Notes under the pieces: model-generated
What the model was told of the DNA's origin: nothing
Database searches by the model: none
Seen by the model: the letters and a program-made list of their open reading frames with translations, nothing else
Source: an uncultured virus (IMG/VR IMGVR_UViG_3300037483_001817)
Taxonomy: Duplodnaviria > Heunggongvirae > Uroviricota > Caudoviricetes
DNA length: 42,685 nt
Direction: 5' to 3' (one strand)
IMG/VR virus record: IMGVR_UViG_3300037483_001817
Position numbers and translations under genes: made by a program
Shown: positions 1 through 8,133 of the stretch, piece after piece
Layout: each line of letters opens with the position of its first letter
How positions within the stretch are numbered: position 1 is the stretch's first letter

Positions 1-2
1 CG

Positions 3-203
3 ATGGAGGACTTCCACGCTGAGATGCGTCGCCGTGGCGTGCGTAAGGATGGCCCACAGATCACGGCTCCCGCAGCAACACAGGTCCCTGACGGCGCGGT
101 CACCAGAATCGTCCGGTGCGGCGTCCACCCGATGCATTTTGTCAGGATCAGCGCGAGTGGCGCTCGCAGTGGCTGCCCCATGTGCGAAGCGGCCAGACGA
201 TGA
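3..203 (+). CDS. hypothetical protein with C-terminal CxxC (probably 5'-truncated by window edge)
   Basis: ORF track; ends CPMC; stop overlaps next ATG (ATGA at 200-203). Confidence 0.55.
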   Translation: MEDFHAEMRRRGVRKDGPQITAPAATQVPDGAVTRIVRCGVHPMHFVRISASGARSGCPMCEAARR

Positions 204-508
204 CGAACCAGAAAGATCTAACCGTGGTGAGTCCACATAACCCACTACCCTTTCGAACCGTGAACGGAGATCCACAGCATGCTCCGAGTGTCGCCCACGA
301 TCGTGCGCGGATCATCACGCGGATCATCGGCTGCACCTGCGGCTGGCAAACGCCGTCCGGCACCACCGATTCCGATGAAGCTTTCACCATGCACTGTGCT
401 GTCGTCAGTGTGCATCCTGGCATGGACGTCTATCTCGAGCTGCGAAACGAACGTGGCATTCCCGCCAAACCACACGCTGCACTTCTGGTCCAAGAGGAAA
501 CTACGTGA
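200..508 (+). CDS. hypothetical protein (CTCGW...H motif)
   Basis: Start re-assigned to ATG 200 (ATGA coupling); GTGA coupling with next gene. Confidence 0.65.
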   Translation: MTNQKDLTVVSPHNPLPFRTVNGDPQHAPSVAHDRARIITRIIGCTCGWQTPSGTTDSDEAFTMHCAVVSVHPGMDVYLELRNERGIPAKPHAALLVQEETT

Positions 509-846
509 GCATCCGCCGTCCCAAGACGAAGACGAAACGCTGCGCGCACTGCAAACGCCGTCGACCCCGCCTCACGATCGAATGGCATCCGGGGATCGAG
601 GAATGGCAATGCTCGAATTTTAGCTCGTGCGACGAGGTGATCTTTCGCAACGAGGCTCGCAAACGCGAACGTGAGCGGCTGCTCCACGCGCGCCTGACCC
701 AGGCTACCGACAAGGCATTCTGGAAGAGCACTCGGTACAAGCCTGGTCAGAAACTCGACATGTCCAACCCACAGGATCGGAAAATGTCTCCGGTTTGGAT
801 GGGCATCTTCCAGCAAAAGCAACGTGAAGCGAAGGAGTCCACATGA
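505..846 (+). CDS. hypothetical basic protein with CxxC...Cx5C putative Zn site
   Basis: GAGG SD upstream, coupled both ends; CAHC and CSNFSSC. Confidence 0.65.
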   Translation: MSIRRPKTKTKRCAHCKRRRPRLTIEWHPGIEEWQCSNFSSCDEVIFRNEARKRERERLLHARLTQATDKAFWKSTRYKPGQKLDMSNPQDRKMSPVWMGIFQQKQREAKEST

Positions 847-1220
847 TTGGTCTCGATGATGACACCCTCAAGAAACGTCGTGTCCCAACGACACCAGAGG
901 ATCCTTCGCTAAGTCGCCTCGTGATGGCCCGATACGTCCTCCCGCCAGCGATCCGCTGCTTCTTCCATGTGTACGAGGAGCGCATCGGCACGTACGGCTT
1001 TCGCGTACTCAAGCACGTGCTGGTCTATCCAGGGAACGCCCGACCCGGGATGACGACGGGCTGCGAGTGCGACGTCCATCCCCATGAATACGTCATCGTC
1101 AGCAACAACATTGTTGTCGACCGGACTTGGTGCCGGGCTTGCGTCGCCGCCGTCGACAGGGAATCGAGACGTGGTCATTCACCAACGCGACGCACGCCAG
1201 CCAAAGAAGAGATCACCTGA
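843..1220 (+). CDS. hypothetical protein (CEC...CRAC)
   Basis: AAGGAG SD, ATGA overlap, TGATG overlap with next gene. Confidence 0.65.
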   Translation: MIGLDDDTLKKRRVPTTPEDPSLSRLVMARYVLPPAIRCFFHVYEERIGTYGFRVLKHVLVYPGNARPGMTTGCECDVHPHEYVIVSNNIVVDRTWCRACVAAVDRESRRGHSPTRRTPAKEEIT

Positions 1221-1946
1221 TGCCACGCCACCAGCAAGTCACGACCTGTCGCAAAGGCGGTCCCGTCGAAAAGTTCTGCAACTGCGAAAACTGCTCGTTG
1301 TCGGTGTGCTCGGTCTGCGGTGCCTACGAAGACGGGCTCACGACCGATTGTCCAGGATTGAAGGTCGCCTTCAACCGTCAGAAGGAGGTCTACGAAACCA
1401 GCCTCGACTACACAGACGAACGTGGCTGGCACCTGGGAGCGCCGATGAAGCGCAGAACGCCGCGCTTCGAATCGACGAAGCTGCTGCCCGAGCTGCCACG
1501 CGTCGATCCGCGGACGGTCATCGCGCCGTCGATCTACTGGGCCGCAGTCGATCGTCATGTGAGTCTCCAGCACGAGCTCGCACAGAAGGCGATCGCATGG
1601 GCGCTTGCAGAAAGCACAGCCGAGGATCACTATCGCCGCGATCACCGGGAAGATCAACCTGCGCGAACCGAACGAGCATACGCAAGAGCTACTCGGCAAG
1701 CTCGAACACGCGAAGCTGGAATTCCGTCTCGCGAACCAGCGTGCAGAGACGTGTGACGACGAGTTCCGGCAAGCAGCAAGGACGCTCGTCACCGCGTTGA
1801 AGGAGGGCCAAGTCGCTGCCGTCGCCAACGATAAGACGCTGTTCACGCGTACGTGCGGCTGCACGGTCGTCGCAGGAGCGGCGTGCCCGCACTTCGTCGC
1901 CGCGAACAGCGGCATCGGGGAACCCCGGAAAACCACAGTTCGGTAA
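1220..1946 (+). pseudogene. Cys-rich/coiled-coil hypothetical protein apparently split by a +1 frameshift near 1634
   Basis: Frame from ATG 1220 is protein-like to ...AEDHY then degenerates (stop 1756); the +1 frame continues AAITGKINLREPNEHTQELLGKLEHAKLEF... to 1946 with no good start of its own. Confidence 0.55.
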
Positions 1947-2084
1947 TCAGCCAAATCCCGCGGGACCCCAGGTGAGATCGGCCCTCAGGATCTGCTAACA
2001 GATCCGCTAACGATACGTTAGACTGTCCCCCAGCTGTGCTGCCATCGCCACGCCGCTCCCGCCGATCCGTGGACTCCTCGACAC

Positions 2085-2100
2085 GGGTACCTATCTACCC
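2085..2100. promoter_or_regulatory. Palindromic operator GGGTA-N6-TACCC (copy 1), upstream of TM-RuvA-III gene
   Basis: GGGTAcctatcTACCC, intergenic, 67 nt before ATG 2168; recurs at 4386, 4441, 40654, 40707. Confidence 0.7.
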
Positions 2101-2167
2101 AGGTTTACTGATCCAAACGTTACCTGCGGTCTCGAGCTGGCCCAGGAGTCGCACCTAGGTTCAAGGC

Positions 2168-2554
2168 ATGCACCCGCTTTCAATGCTATTCGGAGCAGCA
2201 CTCTTCGCCCTCGGCGTTCTCGCCGTCGCGCTCGCAGATCGCATCCGCGGCCTGCGCGTCTCTCGCGATATGGCGCCGCCGCGTGAGCGGGCGCCCCGCG
2301 CGCCTTCGGTCTCCGCCCAGCCCGTCGAGACTGCCGAGCTGCTCCGGTCGACTCTCCCAAAGCCGCCCCGCGCGCCGCGCGCCGAACCGAAGGTCGCCAG
2401 CGCCGAGGACGACGTGATCGCCGCACTCGTGACCGCGGGCTACAAGAAGTCGATCGCGACGGAAGCGGCGTGGGCGTGCAGCCCCGCCGAGCGCACGACG
2501 GTCGAGCGCTGGACGGCGGCAGCACTCCGCTGCGCGCACGGAGGGATGTCGTGA
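2168..2554 (+). CDS. N-terminal transmembrane helix + Pro/Ala linker + RuvA C-terminal (domain III)-like domain
   Basis: Hydrophobic LSMLFGAALFALGVLAVALA; C-terminus AEDDVIAALVTAGYKKSIATEAA...TVERWTAAALR resembles RuvA domain III (AVAALVALGYK...E.LIREALR). Confidence 0.7.
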   Translation: MHPLSMLFGAALFALGVLAVALADRIRGLRVSRDMAPPRERAPRAPSVSAQPVETAELLRSTLPKPPRAPRAEPKVASAEDDVIAALVTAGYKKSIATEAAWACSPAERTTVERWTAAALRCAHGGMS

Positions 2555-2805
2555 GCCGCGTCGGCGTCTACCAGGCCGCAGCCGCTCGCTGTGGCACCAC
2601 GATCGAACGTGCCTCCAACGGCATCCCGCCGCGTATCGGCGGAGGCATCACCAAACACCCTCTCGCGCGAGACGTCGCCGAAACACTCGTCCGTGATCTC
2701 AAGGCGCTCGGTGCAGAGGCGAAGGTTTGCTCCCACGGGCCGCAGGACGATCAGGCGTTCGTCTACCTGTCGGGCTGCTCGTTCCAAAAGGGCGACCTCT
2801 CGTGA
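2551..2805 (+). CDS. hypothetical protein
   Basis: GGAGG SD, GTGA overlap with upstream stop. Confidence 0.6.
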   Translation: MSRVGVYQAAAARCGTTIERASNGIPPRIGGGITKHPLARDVAETLVRDLKALGAEAKVCSHGPQDDQAFVYLSGCSFQKGDLS

Positions 2806-2879
2806 CCAAGTTCAACCTCTCGATCGACCTTCGCACGCACGGTGATAGCGCTAGCGCTACTGCGAGCATGTTCCCATGA
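2802..2879 (+). CDS. 25-aa micro-ORF (MTKFNLSIDLRTHGDSASATASMFP)
   Basis: GTGA overlap at start and ATGA overlap at end; below ORF-track cutoff. Confidence 0.4.
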   Translation: MTKFNLSIDLRTHGDSASATASMFP

Positions 2880-3187
2880 AGGCGAAGCTGCTCGCACCGC
2901 CGCTGCCCCGGCAGCCGATCGTCGATACGATGTGCACGTCGTGCCCATTCAGACCGAACGCAGGCAAGCCAAAGATCAACGTGACGCCGGCAGAGCTGGA
3001 GAAGTTCAAGGACACTGCCCGGCGCAGCGAGTTCTACTGTCACGAGACCGTGCTCGAAGACCCGCGCACGACTGTCGGCGCCGATAGCGAGCCGTCGCCT
3101 CGCGTGCAGTCTCACTTCCGCGTCTGCCGTGGCGGGTGGGGGCTCAAGCTCAAGCACCTCGGAGCAGCGCGACGGAAAGAACAGTAG
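2876..3187 (+). CDS. Cys/His-rich phage protein (CxxCPF...FxCH...CxG, DUF6283-like)
   Basis: CTSCPFR, FYCHET, CRGG motifs. Confidence 0.6.
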   Translation: MKAKLLAPPLPRQPIVDTMCTSCPFRPNAGKPKINVTPAELEKFKDTARRSEFYCHETVLEDPRTTVGADSEPSPRVQSHFRVCRGGWGLKLKHLGAARRKEQ

Positions 3188-3190
3188 CCC

Positions 3191-3517
3191 ATGGTCAAGC
3201 TCGAACGGATCACCGAGGAGACCCTGACGCCCGAGCACACCGAGCGCGTTCGGCGTGCGGTGCTCGGCATCCCCCGCAAGAACTCAGTCCACCGCGCGAT
3301 CCTCGCCGACTGCGCGCGCGTGCTCACCGGTGACAAGGCCGCTCGCGCGACCATCGTGCGCACCTGGAACGCGATGGTCACGCCGATCGACGAGCTGATC
3401 GAAAACTCCTCGCTGGGCGCCGCCATGCGGGACATCAAGGAGCGCGGCCTGGATGCGCACCTCAAGACCCTGGACGAAGAGCTGCGCCCCAAGCGTCGCG
3501 TGCGGAGGAAGCCGTAG
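3191..3517 (+). CDS. hypothetical protein
   Basis: ORF track, high-GC3 codon usage, follows previous stop by 3 nt. Confidence 0.6.
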   Translation: MVKLERITEETLTPEHTERVRRAVLGIPRKNSVHRAILADCARVLTGDKAARATIVRTWNAMVTPIDELIENSSLGAAMRDIKERGLDAHLKTLDEELRPKRRVRRKP

Positions 3518-3574
3518 CGATGTCCAGGCACAACAAACCCTGCTTGCCCAGCTATCACCCAAGTGGAGCGAACG

Positions 3575-3808
3575 ATGCGCGATGAAAGCCCGGGATGGTG
3601 CAAGCCGCGCAAACCGTGCGTCGGGTGCGACGAAATTGTAGCGACTGGAATCAGCTACCAACCGCACACGTGTCTAGCCTCAACGCCTGTCGGGGCGGCT
3701 ATCGGCCTTGGCCCGTGTGCTGAGTGCGAGTCGCTGCGCGACGACCCGTGCCGTTCTCCGAGCAGGCGTACGCGACTGCCCCATGCGGGTCGTAGGAGGG
3801 TTGGATGA
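3575..3808 (+). CDS. Cys-rich hypothetical protein
   Basis: GGAG SD before ATG 3575; CVGC, CAEC; ATGA overlap downstream. Confidence 0.5.
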   Translation: MRDESPGWCKPRKPCVGCDEIVATGISYQPHTCLASTPVGAAIGLGPCAECESLRDDPCRSPSRRTRLPHAGRRRVG

Positions 3809-4152
3809 CAAACGAACCGACCAAGGTGGCAGCGGAGAGCGAGGCTCCCGATCACCGCTTCCTCACGAACATCCACCAACGCAAACTCGAAACCGATCAG
3901 ATGATCCAGCGACGGCGACGGTTCACAAACTACGCCACGCCCGCAGAGAACCTGCCGATGAAGCGATGGACCGCGGGAATCGCCGCGCTACGCCGGTTCG
4001 CTGCCGGCGAACGATGGAATCGCCGCACGAGGCGGCTCACCGTGCAGCGCCTCTACGTCGAGGGGCTGATCGATGATGTCGGCGATGACTACAACTGGAA
4101 AATAACCGAAGCCGGCAAGGAGTTCCTGTTCCGGCTCGACGGAGGCTGCTGA
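3805..4152 (+). CDS. hypothetical protein, C-terminal winged-helix-like ending
   Basis: AGGAGG SD; VQRLYVEGLI...WKITEAGKEFL is typical of a wHTH wing. Confidence 0.6.
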   Translation: MTNEPTKVAAESEAPDHRFLTNIHQRKLETDQMIQRRRRFTNYATPAENLPMKRWTAGIAALRRFAAGERWNRRTRRLTVQRLYVEGLIDDVGDDYNWKITEAGKEFLFRLDGGC

Positions 4153-4382
4153 TGGGTCGTCACGACCACGTCCACGTCCACGCGTCCGAGACCCGCGTCG
4201 ACGTCGTGTGCGAGTCCTGTCAGGCGCCGATCAACGTCGCGTGCTCATGTGCCGAAGGAACCCTGACGTCGGACCGAGCAACGTCTGACCGTGCGTCCGA
4301 GACCCGCGTCGACGTCGTGTGCGAGTCCTGTCAGGCTCCGGTCGGAGTCGCGTGCACGTGCGCCGACGGAGTTTTCACGTGA
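4152..4382 (+). CDS. small duplicated Zn-ribbon-like protein (2x ASETRVDVVCESCQAP..VACxCAxG)
   Basis: GGAGG SD, TGATG overlap; internal repeat with a 37-codon period. Confidence 0.65.
   Translation: MGRHDHVHVHASETRVDVVCESCQAPINVACSCAEGTLTSDRATSDRASETRVDVVCESCQAPVGVACTCADGVFT
4182..4336 (+). repeat. 44-bp perfect direct repeat (4182-4225 and 4293-4336)
   Basis: GCGTCCGAGACCCGCGTCGACGTCGTGTGCGAGTCCTGTCAGGC twice, period 111 nt. Confidence 0.9.
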
Positions 4383-4385
4383 CCG

Positions 4386-4456
4386 GGGTACTTCGATACC
4401 CGGCTCAGCACCGCCACGCGATGTGTGAACCGCGAGCTCTGGGTAGCTACCTACCC
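4386..4456. promoter_or_regulatory. Paired operators GGGTA-N6-TACCC (4386-4401, 4441-4456) upstream of ruvB
   Basis: GGGTActtcgaTACCC and GGGTAgctaccTACCC, intergenic; proximal box ends 65 nt before ATG 4522. Confidence 0.75.
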
Positions 4457-4521
4457 ACGGTCACCTCTCGCGAACTTACGTGCAGATCGGACCGGCACGC
4501 GGGTCGCATTGAAGGATTGCC

Positions 4522-5559
4522 ATGAACGCTCCTGCACTCCGCCTCGTTCCCGACGCGTCTCCGCACTCGACCCGCTCGACGGCGACGGCAGAGGATCCGG
4601 CCCTCCGCCCGACCTCGTTCGACGACTACATCGGCCAGGCAGACGTGATCGCGAACCTGCGCCAATCGGTTCGCGCCGCCAAGCGCGGCGGCTGGCAGCT
4701 CGACCACATGCTGTTCGGTGGTCCTGCGGGCCTCGGCAAAACCTCGCTCGCGGCAGTCGTCGCGGCCGAGCTGGGCGGAAAGTTCCGAGCGACCTCAGCC
4801 CCCGCGATCGAGCACAAGGGTGCCCTCGCGTCGCTGCTCACCACGCTGGAGGACGGCGACGTCCTCTTCATCGACGAGATCCACGCGCTCGATCGCGCCG
4901 TCGCCGAGTGCCTGTATTCGGCCATGGAGGATCGCGTGATCGATCTGCCGGCTGGCAAGCGGGTCATCCGCGTGCCACTGCCAAAGTTCACGCTGCTCGG
5001 AGCCACGACCCACGCAGGCAAGCTCTCCAAGCCGCTGCTCGATCGCTTCGGCTTCATCTGGCAGCTCAAGCCCTACACGCTGCCCGAGCTGGCAACGATC
5101 CTCGCCCGATCGGCGAGAAAGCTCGGCGTCGCGATCGACGAAGAAGGCGCTCTCGCAATCGCGGGGGCATCTCGCGGCACCCCGCGCATCGCCAACCGCC
5201 TGTTGCGCCGCGTGCGTGACGTCGCCGCGAACGCCGCGGACGACGGTGCGCTCGTCCTGGGCGGACTCGAAGACCTGACGTGCGCGAACGGTACCGTCAA
5301 CGGTCCGCTCGTAGTCGCCGCGCTCGCGCAGCTCGGCATCGATCACCTGGGCCTCGACTCGCTCGATCGCCGCTACCTCGCGGTCGTGCTCGATCGCCCG
5401 GTGGGCATCGAGGCGATCTGCGCCGAGCTGGCCGAAGATCGCAGCACGATCGAGGACGCCGTCGAGCCCTTCCTCATGCAGGCGGGACTCATCAAGCGCG
5501 GCGGCAAGGGGCGCCTCGCCACGGAAGCGGGCCGCACGCACCTCGCGGAGGTTGCATGA
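4522..5559 (+). CDS. ruvB: Holliday junction branch migration AAA+ ATPase RuvB (divergent)
   Basis: LRPTSFDDYIGQ, Walker A GPAGLGKT, Walker B LFIDEIH, LYSAMED, FTLLGATT, DRFG, SRGTPRIANRLLRRVRD, PVG..TIED.VEPFL. Confidence 0.95.
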   Translation: MNAPALRLVPDASPHSTRSTATAEDPALRPTSFDDYIGQADVIANLRQSVRAAKRGGWQLDHMLFGGPAGLGKTSLAAVVAAELGGKFRATSAPAIEHKGALASLLTTLEDGDVLFIDEIHALDRAVAECLYSAMEDRVIDLPAGKRVIRVPLPKFTLLGATTHAGKLSKPLLDRFGFIWQLKPYTLPELATILARSARKLGVAIDEEGALAIAGASRGTPRIANRLLRRVRDVAANAADDGALVLGGLEDLTCANGTVNGPLVVAALAQLGIDHLGLDSLDRRYLAVVLDRPVGIEAICAELAEDRSTIEDAVEPFLMQAGLIKRGGKGRLATEAGRTHLAEVA

Positions 5560-5978
5560 TGCGAGGCGCGGACGATATCCACCGCCTCTTCCAGAGTGCG
5601 GCGCAGGTCATCATGAACCCTGTGCTCCGGGACGGTATCGTCACTGGCGCAGACGGGCGGAAGGCCATCGACTATGCCGCCTGCGTGACCTTCGCGATCG
5701 AGTGCCCTCCAATCGACACTCCTTGTGCGCCAACGACGCGAGAGGCTGCCCTCCCCCAGATCCTGCTCCAGGGTCCCTTCAAGGGTGCGCCCACCCTTCA
5801 GGGAGTGGTCTTCTACATCGGCATCGGTTTCATCACGCTTCGCGAGGTCAGTGCCAAGCGCTGCTCCTACGAGATAACCGGGATCAATGGCGATGGCCTC
5901 GAAGCGCGTCTCGCGTTCCTATTGGCAGCCCGTGACCTCTTCTTCAACGACGTACAGCTTGAGAGGAATCCCTCGTAG
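5556..5978 (+). CDS. hypothetical protein, paralog of 6364-6747
   Basis: GGAGG SD, ATGA overlap with ruvB; shares LFxSAA, LLxGPFxG, FYxGIGFI, GDG, AARDLFF. Confidence 0.75.
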   Translation: MMRGADDIHRLFQSAAQVIMNPVLRDGIVTGADGRKAIDYAACVTFAIECPPIDTPCAPTTREAALPQILLQGPFKGAPTLQGVVFYIGIGFITLREVSAKRCSYEITGINGDGLEARLAFLLAARDLFFNDVQLERNPS

Positions 5979-5980
5979 CC

Positions 5981-6361
5981 ATGAGCAACCTTGCCGTGCC
6001 GAAGGACCTCGGCGATGCCGGTCGTCGTGCCTACGCGATCATCACGGCATACCTCCAAGAGCACGACTGCGCCGACACCGGCGGCTGCAAGGCGTTCTAC
6101 TCGCCGGCCGAATGGAGCGCACGGAACGAAGCCTACGGCACGAAGTCGCATCTCGTTGTCGTGCACGGAGGGGCGATGCGCTCGGTGTTCAGCATGGACG
6201 CTGCGTACGACCTCGACTGCGCCGTCTACGAAGAGACCGGACAGCCACACGCGCCGTACTCGCTGTACGACGGCATGCAGGCGAAGCTCCGTGCGGCGGG
6301 ACTCTACTTCGAGGAGTGCACCCGCGGGTATTGTGCGATCTACAGCGTTGAGGGCGCCTAA
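5981..6361 (+). CDS. hypothetical phage protein
   Basis: ORF track, protein-like composition, in operon. Confidence 0.7.
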   Translation: MSNLAVPKDLGDAGRRAYAIITAYLQEHDCADTGGCKAFYSPAEWSARNEAYGTKSHLVVVHGGAMRSVFSMDAAYDLDCAVYEETGQPHAPYSLYDGMQAKLRAAGLYFEECTRGYCAIYSVEGA

Positions 6362-6363
6362 CC

Positions 6364-6747
6364 GTGCCGAGACACGCCAACGACATCGACAACCTCTTCC
6401 GCAGCGCGGCAGAGGTCCTGGTCACGCTGGAAGCGCAGCAGAAGTACGAGGCATGGGCCGACGCAATCGATGCCCCTGCGATGAGACCTTCTGTCCCGAC
6501 GACGCGCGCGAATGCCGTCCCGGACGTCCTGCTCCGCGGACCGTTCGAGGGGACCCCAGACCTGATCGCAGTGGCCTTCTACCCTGGCATCGGCTTCATC
6601 GAGATCAGCAAGCTTGACGTCGTGTACTGCACCTACTTGACAACGGTAATCGATGGGGACGGCATCCAGGAGCGCGATACGTTCCTGATGGCAGCCCGCG
6701 ATCTCTTCTTCCACGACGTCAAGTTTCAACAGGAGATCCACGCGTGA
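6364..6747 (+). CDS. hypothetical protein, paralog of 5556-5978
   Basis: Shared motifs as above. Confidence 0.75.
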   Translation: MPRHANDIDNLFRSAAEVLVTLEAQQKYEAWADAIDAPAMRPSVPTTRANAVPDVLLRGPFEGTPDLIAVAFYPGIGFIEISKLDVVYCTYLTTVIDGDGIQERDTFLMAARDLFFHDVKFQQEIHA

Positions 6748-7091
6748 ACACGTCCACCTCCGTCCCCACCGAGCTGCTCGTCCTGTCCGGCAAGGGCATT
6801 CGCATCGGCCTTGTGGGCCACTACGGCCTGTTCGATGAGACGCCGACCTTCGAGGCTGCGGTCAAGCTGGCCCGCGCGTACATCGCCAAGCACAACGGAA
6901 ACGCCCGCGGATTCGTCGCGATCCGGATCGAGGCCGCGGTCATCGACGGCATCGGTGACGGTACCGATCGCGAGCTGGTCCGCTTCGAGGTCTACCCCGA
7001 TCGTGTCGCACTGGTGCCGGTCGAACAGGGCGGCCTTTCCGATGCGCAGAAGGCGAAGGCACACGCACTGCCGAAGAAGGGACTGCTATGA
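6744..7091 (+). CDS. hypothetical protein
   Basis: AGGAG SD, GTGA overlap. Confidence 0.7.
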   Translation: MNTSTSVPTELLVLSGKGIRIGLVGHYGLFDETPTFEAAVKLARAYIAKHNGNARGFVAIRIEAAVIDGIGDGTDRELVRFEVYPDRVALVPVEQGGLSDAQKAKAHALPKKGLL

Positions 7092-7591
7092 AAGAACAGT
7101 ACCTGCGCGCGCTCGTGCGAATTTGCCGCCAGCTCGGCGGACGGCTCGCGATCGTCTCGCAGCAAGCGTACGACGACTTGTTCCACGATCGCGATGCCAA
7201 GCACATCGACGGCAATCTACATGATTCTCCGTTCACGGCCGCGCACGGCCTGCACTGGAATCGCAAGATCATCTACACGGTCCGCGGACGCGAAGAGGTC
7301 GGCTCGATTATCCACGAGATGGGCCACGTATTCGCCGACGTGCATCATCCCGAGCATGTTGAGTGTCGCGAATGGAGCTGGCTCGGTTGGGAGATCGCGC
7401 TCGCGCGTCAAATCGGAGCGGGACGCACGTGGTCGCGACAGAACGGCGACTACGTCACCGGTGAGACCGGATGTAACGAATGGGGGACGCTCACCGCAAA
7501 GCAGCGCCGCGCCGTCGTCTCCGATCGCCTCGCCTGTGCGCGTACGATCGGCGTATTCGACGCTGCCGGTATTCCGAGGAGCATCCGATGA
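7088..7591 (+). CDS. putative HExxH zinc metallopeptidase-like protein
   Basis: IIHEMGHVFA followed by downstream Glu residues. Confidence 0.55.
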   Translation: MKEQYLRALVRICRQLGGRLAIVSQQAYDDLFHDRDAKHIDGNLHDSPFTAAHGLHWNRKIIYTVRGREEVGSIIHEMGHVFADVHHPEHVECREWSWLGWEIALARQIGAGRTWSRQNGDYVTGETGCNEWGTLTAKQRRAVVSDRLACARTIGVFDAAGIPRSIR

Positions 7592-8133
7592 CCGCCGAAG
7601 AAGGCCCTCTTGTGATGCGACGTCAGCCACCGTGCGCGCCGTATTATCTCATCACCAACATCGCCAACGTGACGCTCACGGGCGGCACCCCGAACGTCTA
7701 CGGATCCACGGACGTGCACCTCCACGTCTCAGCGATCCTCCTTGCGCGTGAGGAACACTCCGTGCGCGATAAAGCCACGTGCCGGATCCGTCTCTTCGGT
7801 CCTGACGCCGCGTGGCCGATCACCGAACTCGCCGCCACGTCGCTCGACCACACGATCACTTCGATCCCCTGCGATATACCTGGCGTGGTCGTGATCCAGA
7901 GCCTCTACGCCTTGCGCGTCGACAGTCGCTGGAACCTCAAGCTCCGCACCGAGTCGGAAGACGGAGCGCCACCCGAGGTCACCGCGTATCCAGACGGTAC
8001 GCCGATCGAAAACGTCTGGCAGGACCTGCGTGCGAAGGTTGCCAAGCACTGGTCGGCTCCCAACATGCCCATCCTCGAATGGGTACCGGCTGACTACGTG
8101 AGGCAGCTGCGCAAGACCGTGAAGGAATCGTAA
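7588..8133 (+). CDS. hypothetical protein
   Basis: GAGGAG SD, ATGA overlap; start re-assigned to 7588. Confidence 0.65.
   Translation: MTAEEGPLVMRRQPPCAPYYLITNIANVTLTGGTPNVYGSTDVHLHVSAILLAREEHSVRDKATCRIRLFGPDAAWPITELAATSLDHTITSIPCDIPGVVVIQSLYALRVDSRWNLKLRTESEDGAPPEVTAYPDGTPIENVWQDLRAKVAKHWSAPNMPILEWVPADYVRQLRKTVKES

Noticed and set aside
4182..4336. 44-bp repeat as a DGR template/variable pair or att site
   Set aside because: Copies are identical, in frame within one ORF, with no adenine-specific differences and no RT or integrase nearby
2085..4456. GGGTA-N6-TACCC as a host LexA/SOS box
   Set aside because: Tempting because ruvAB is often SOS-regulated, but it matches no LexA consensus I can recall with confidence; left unassigned
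5221..5300. RuvB insertion as intein or intron
   Set aside because: Only ~15-20 aa, in frame, no splicing motifs
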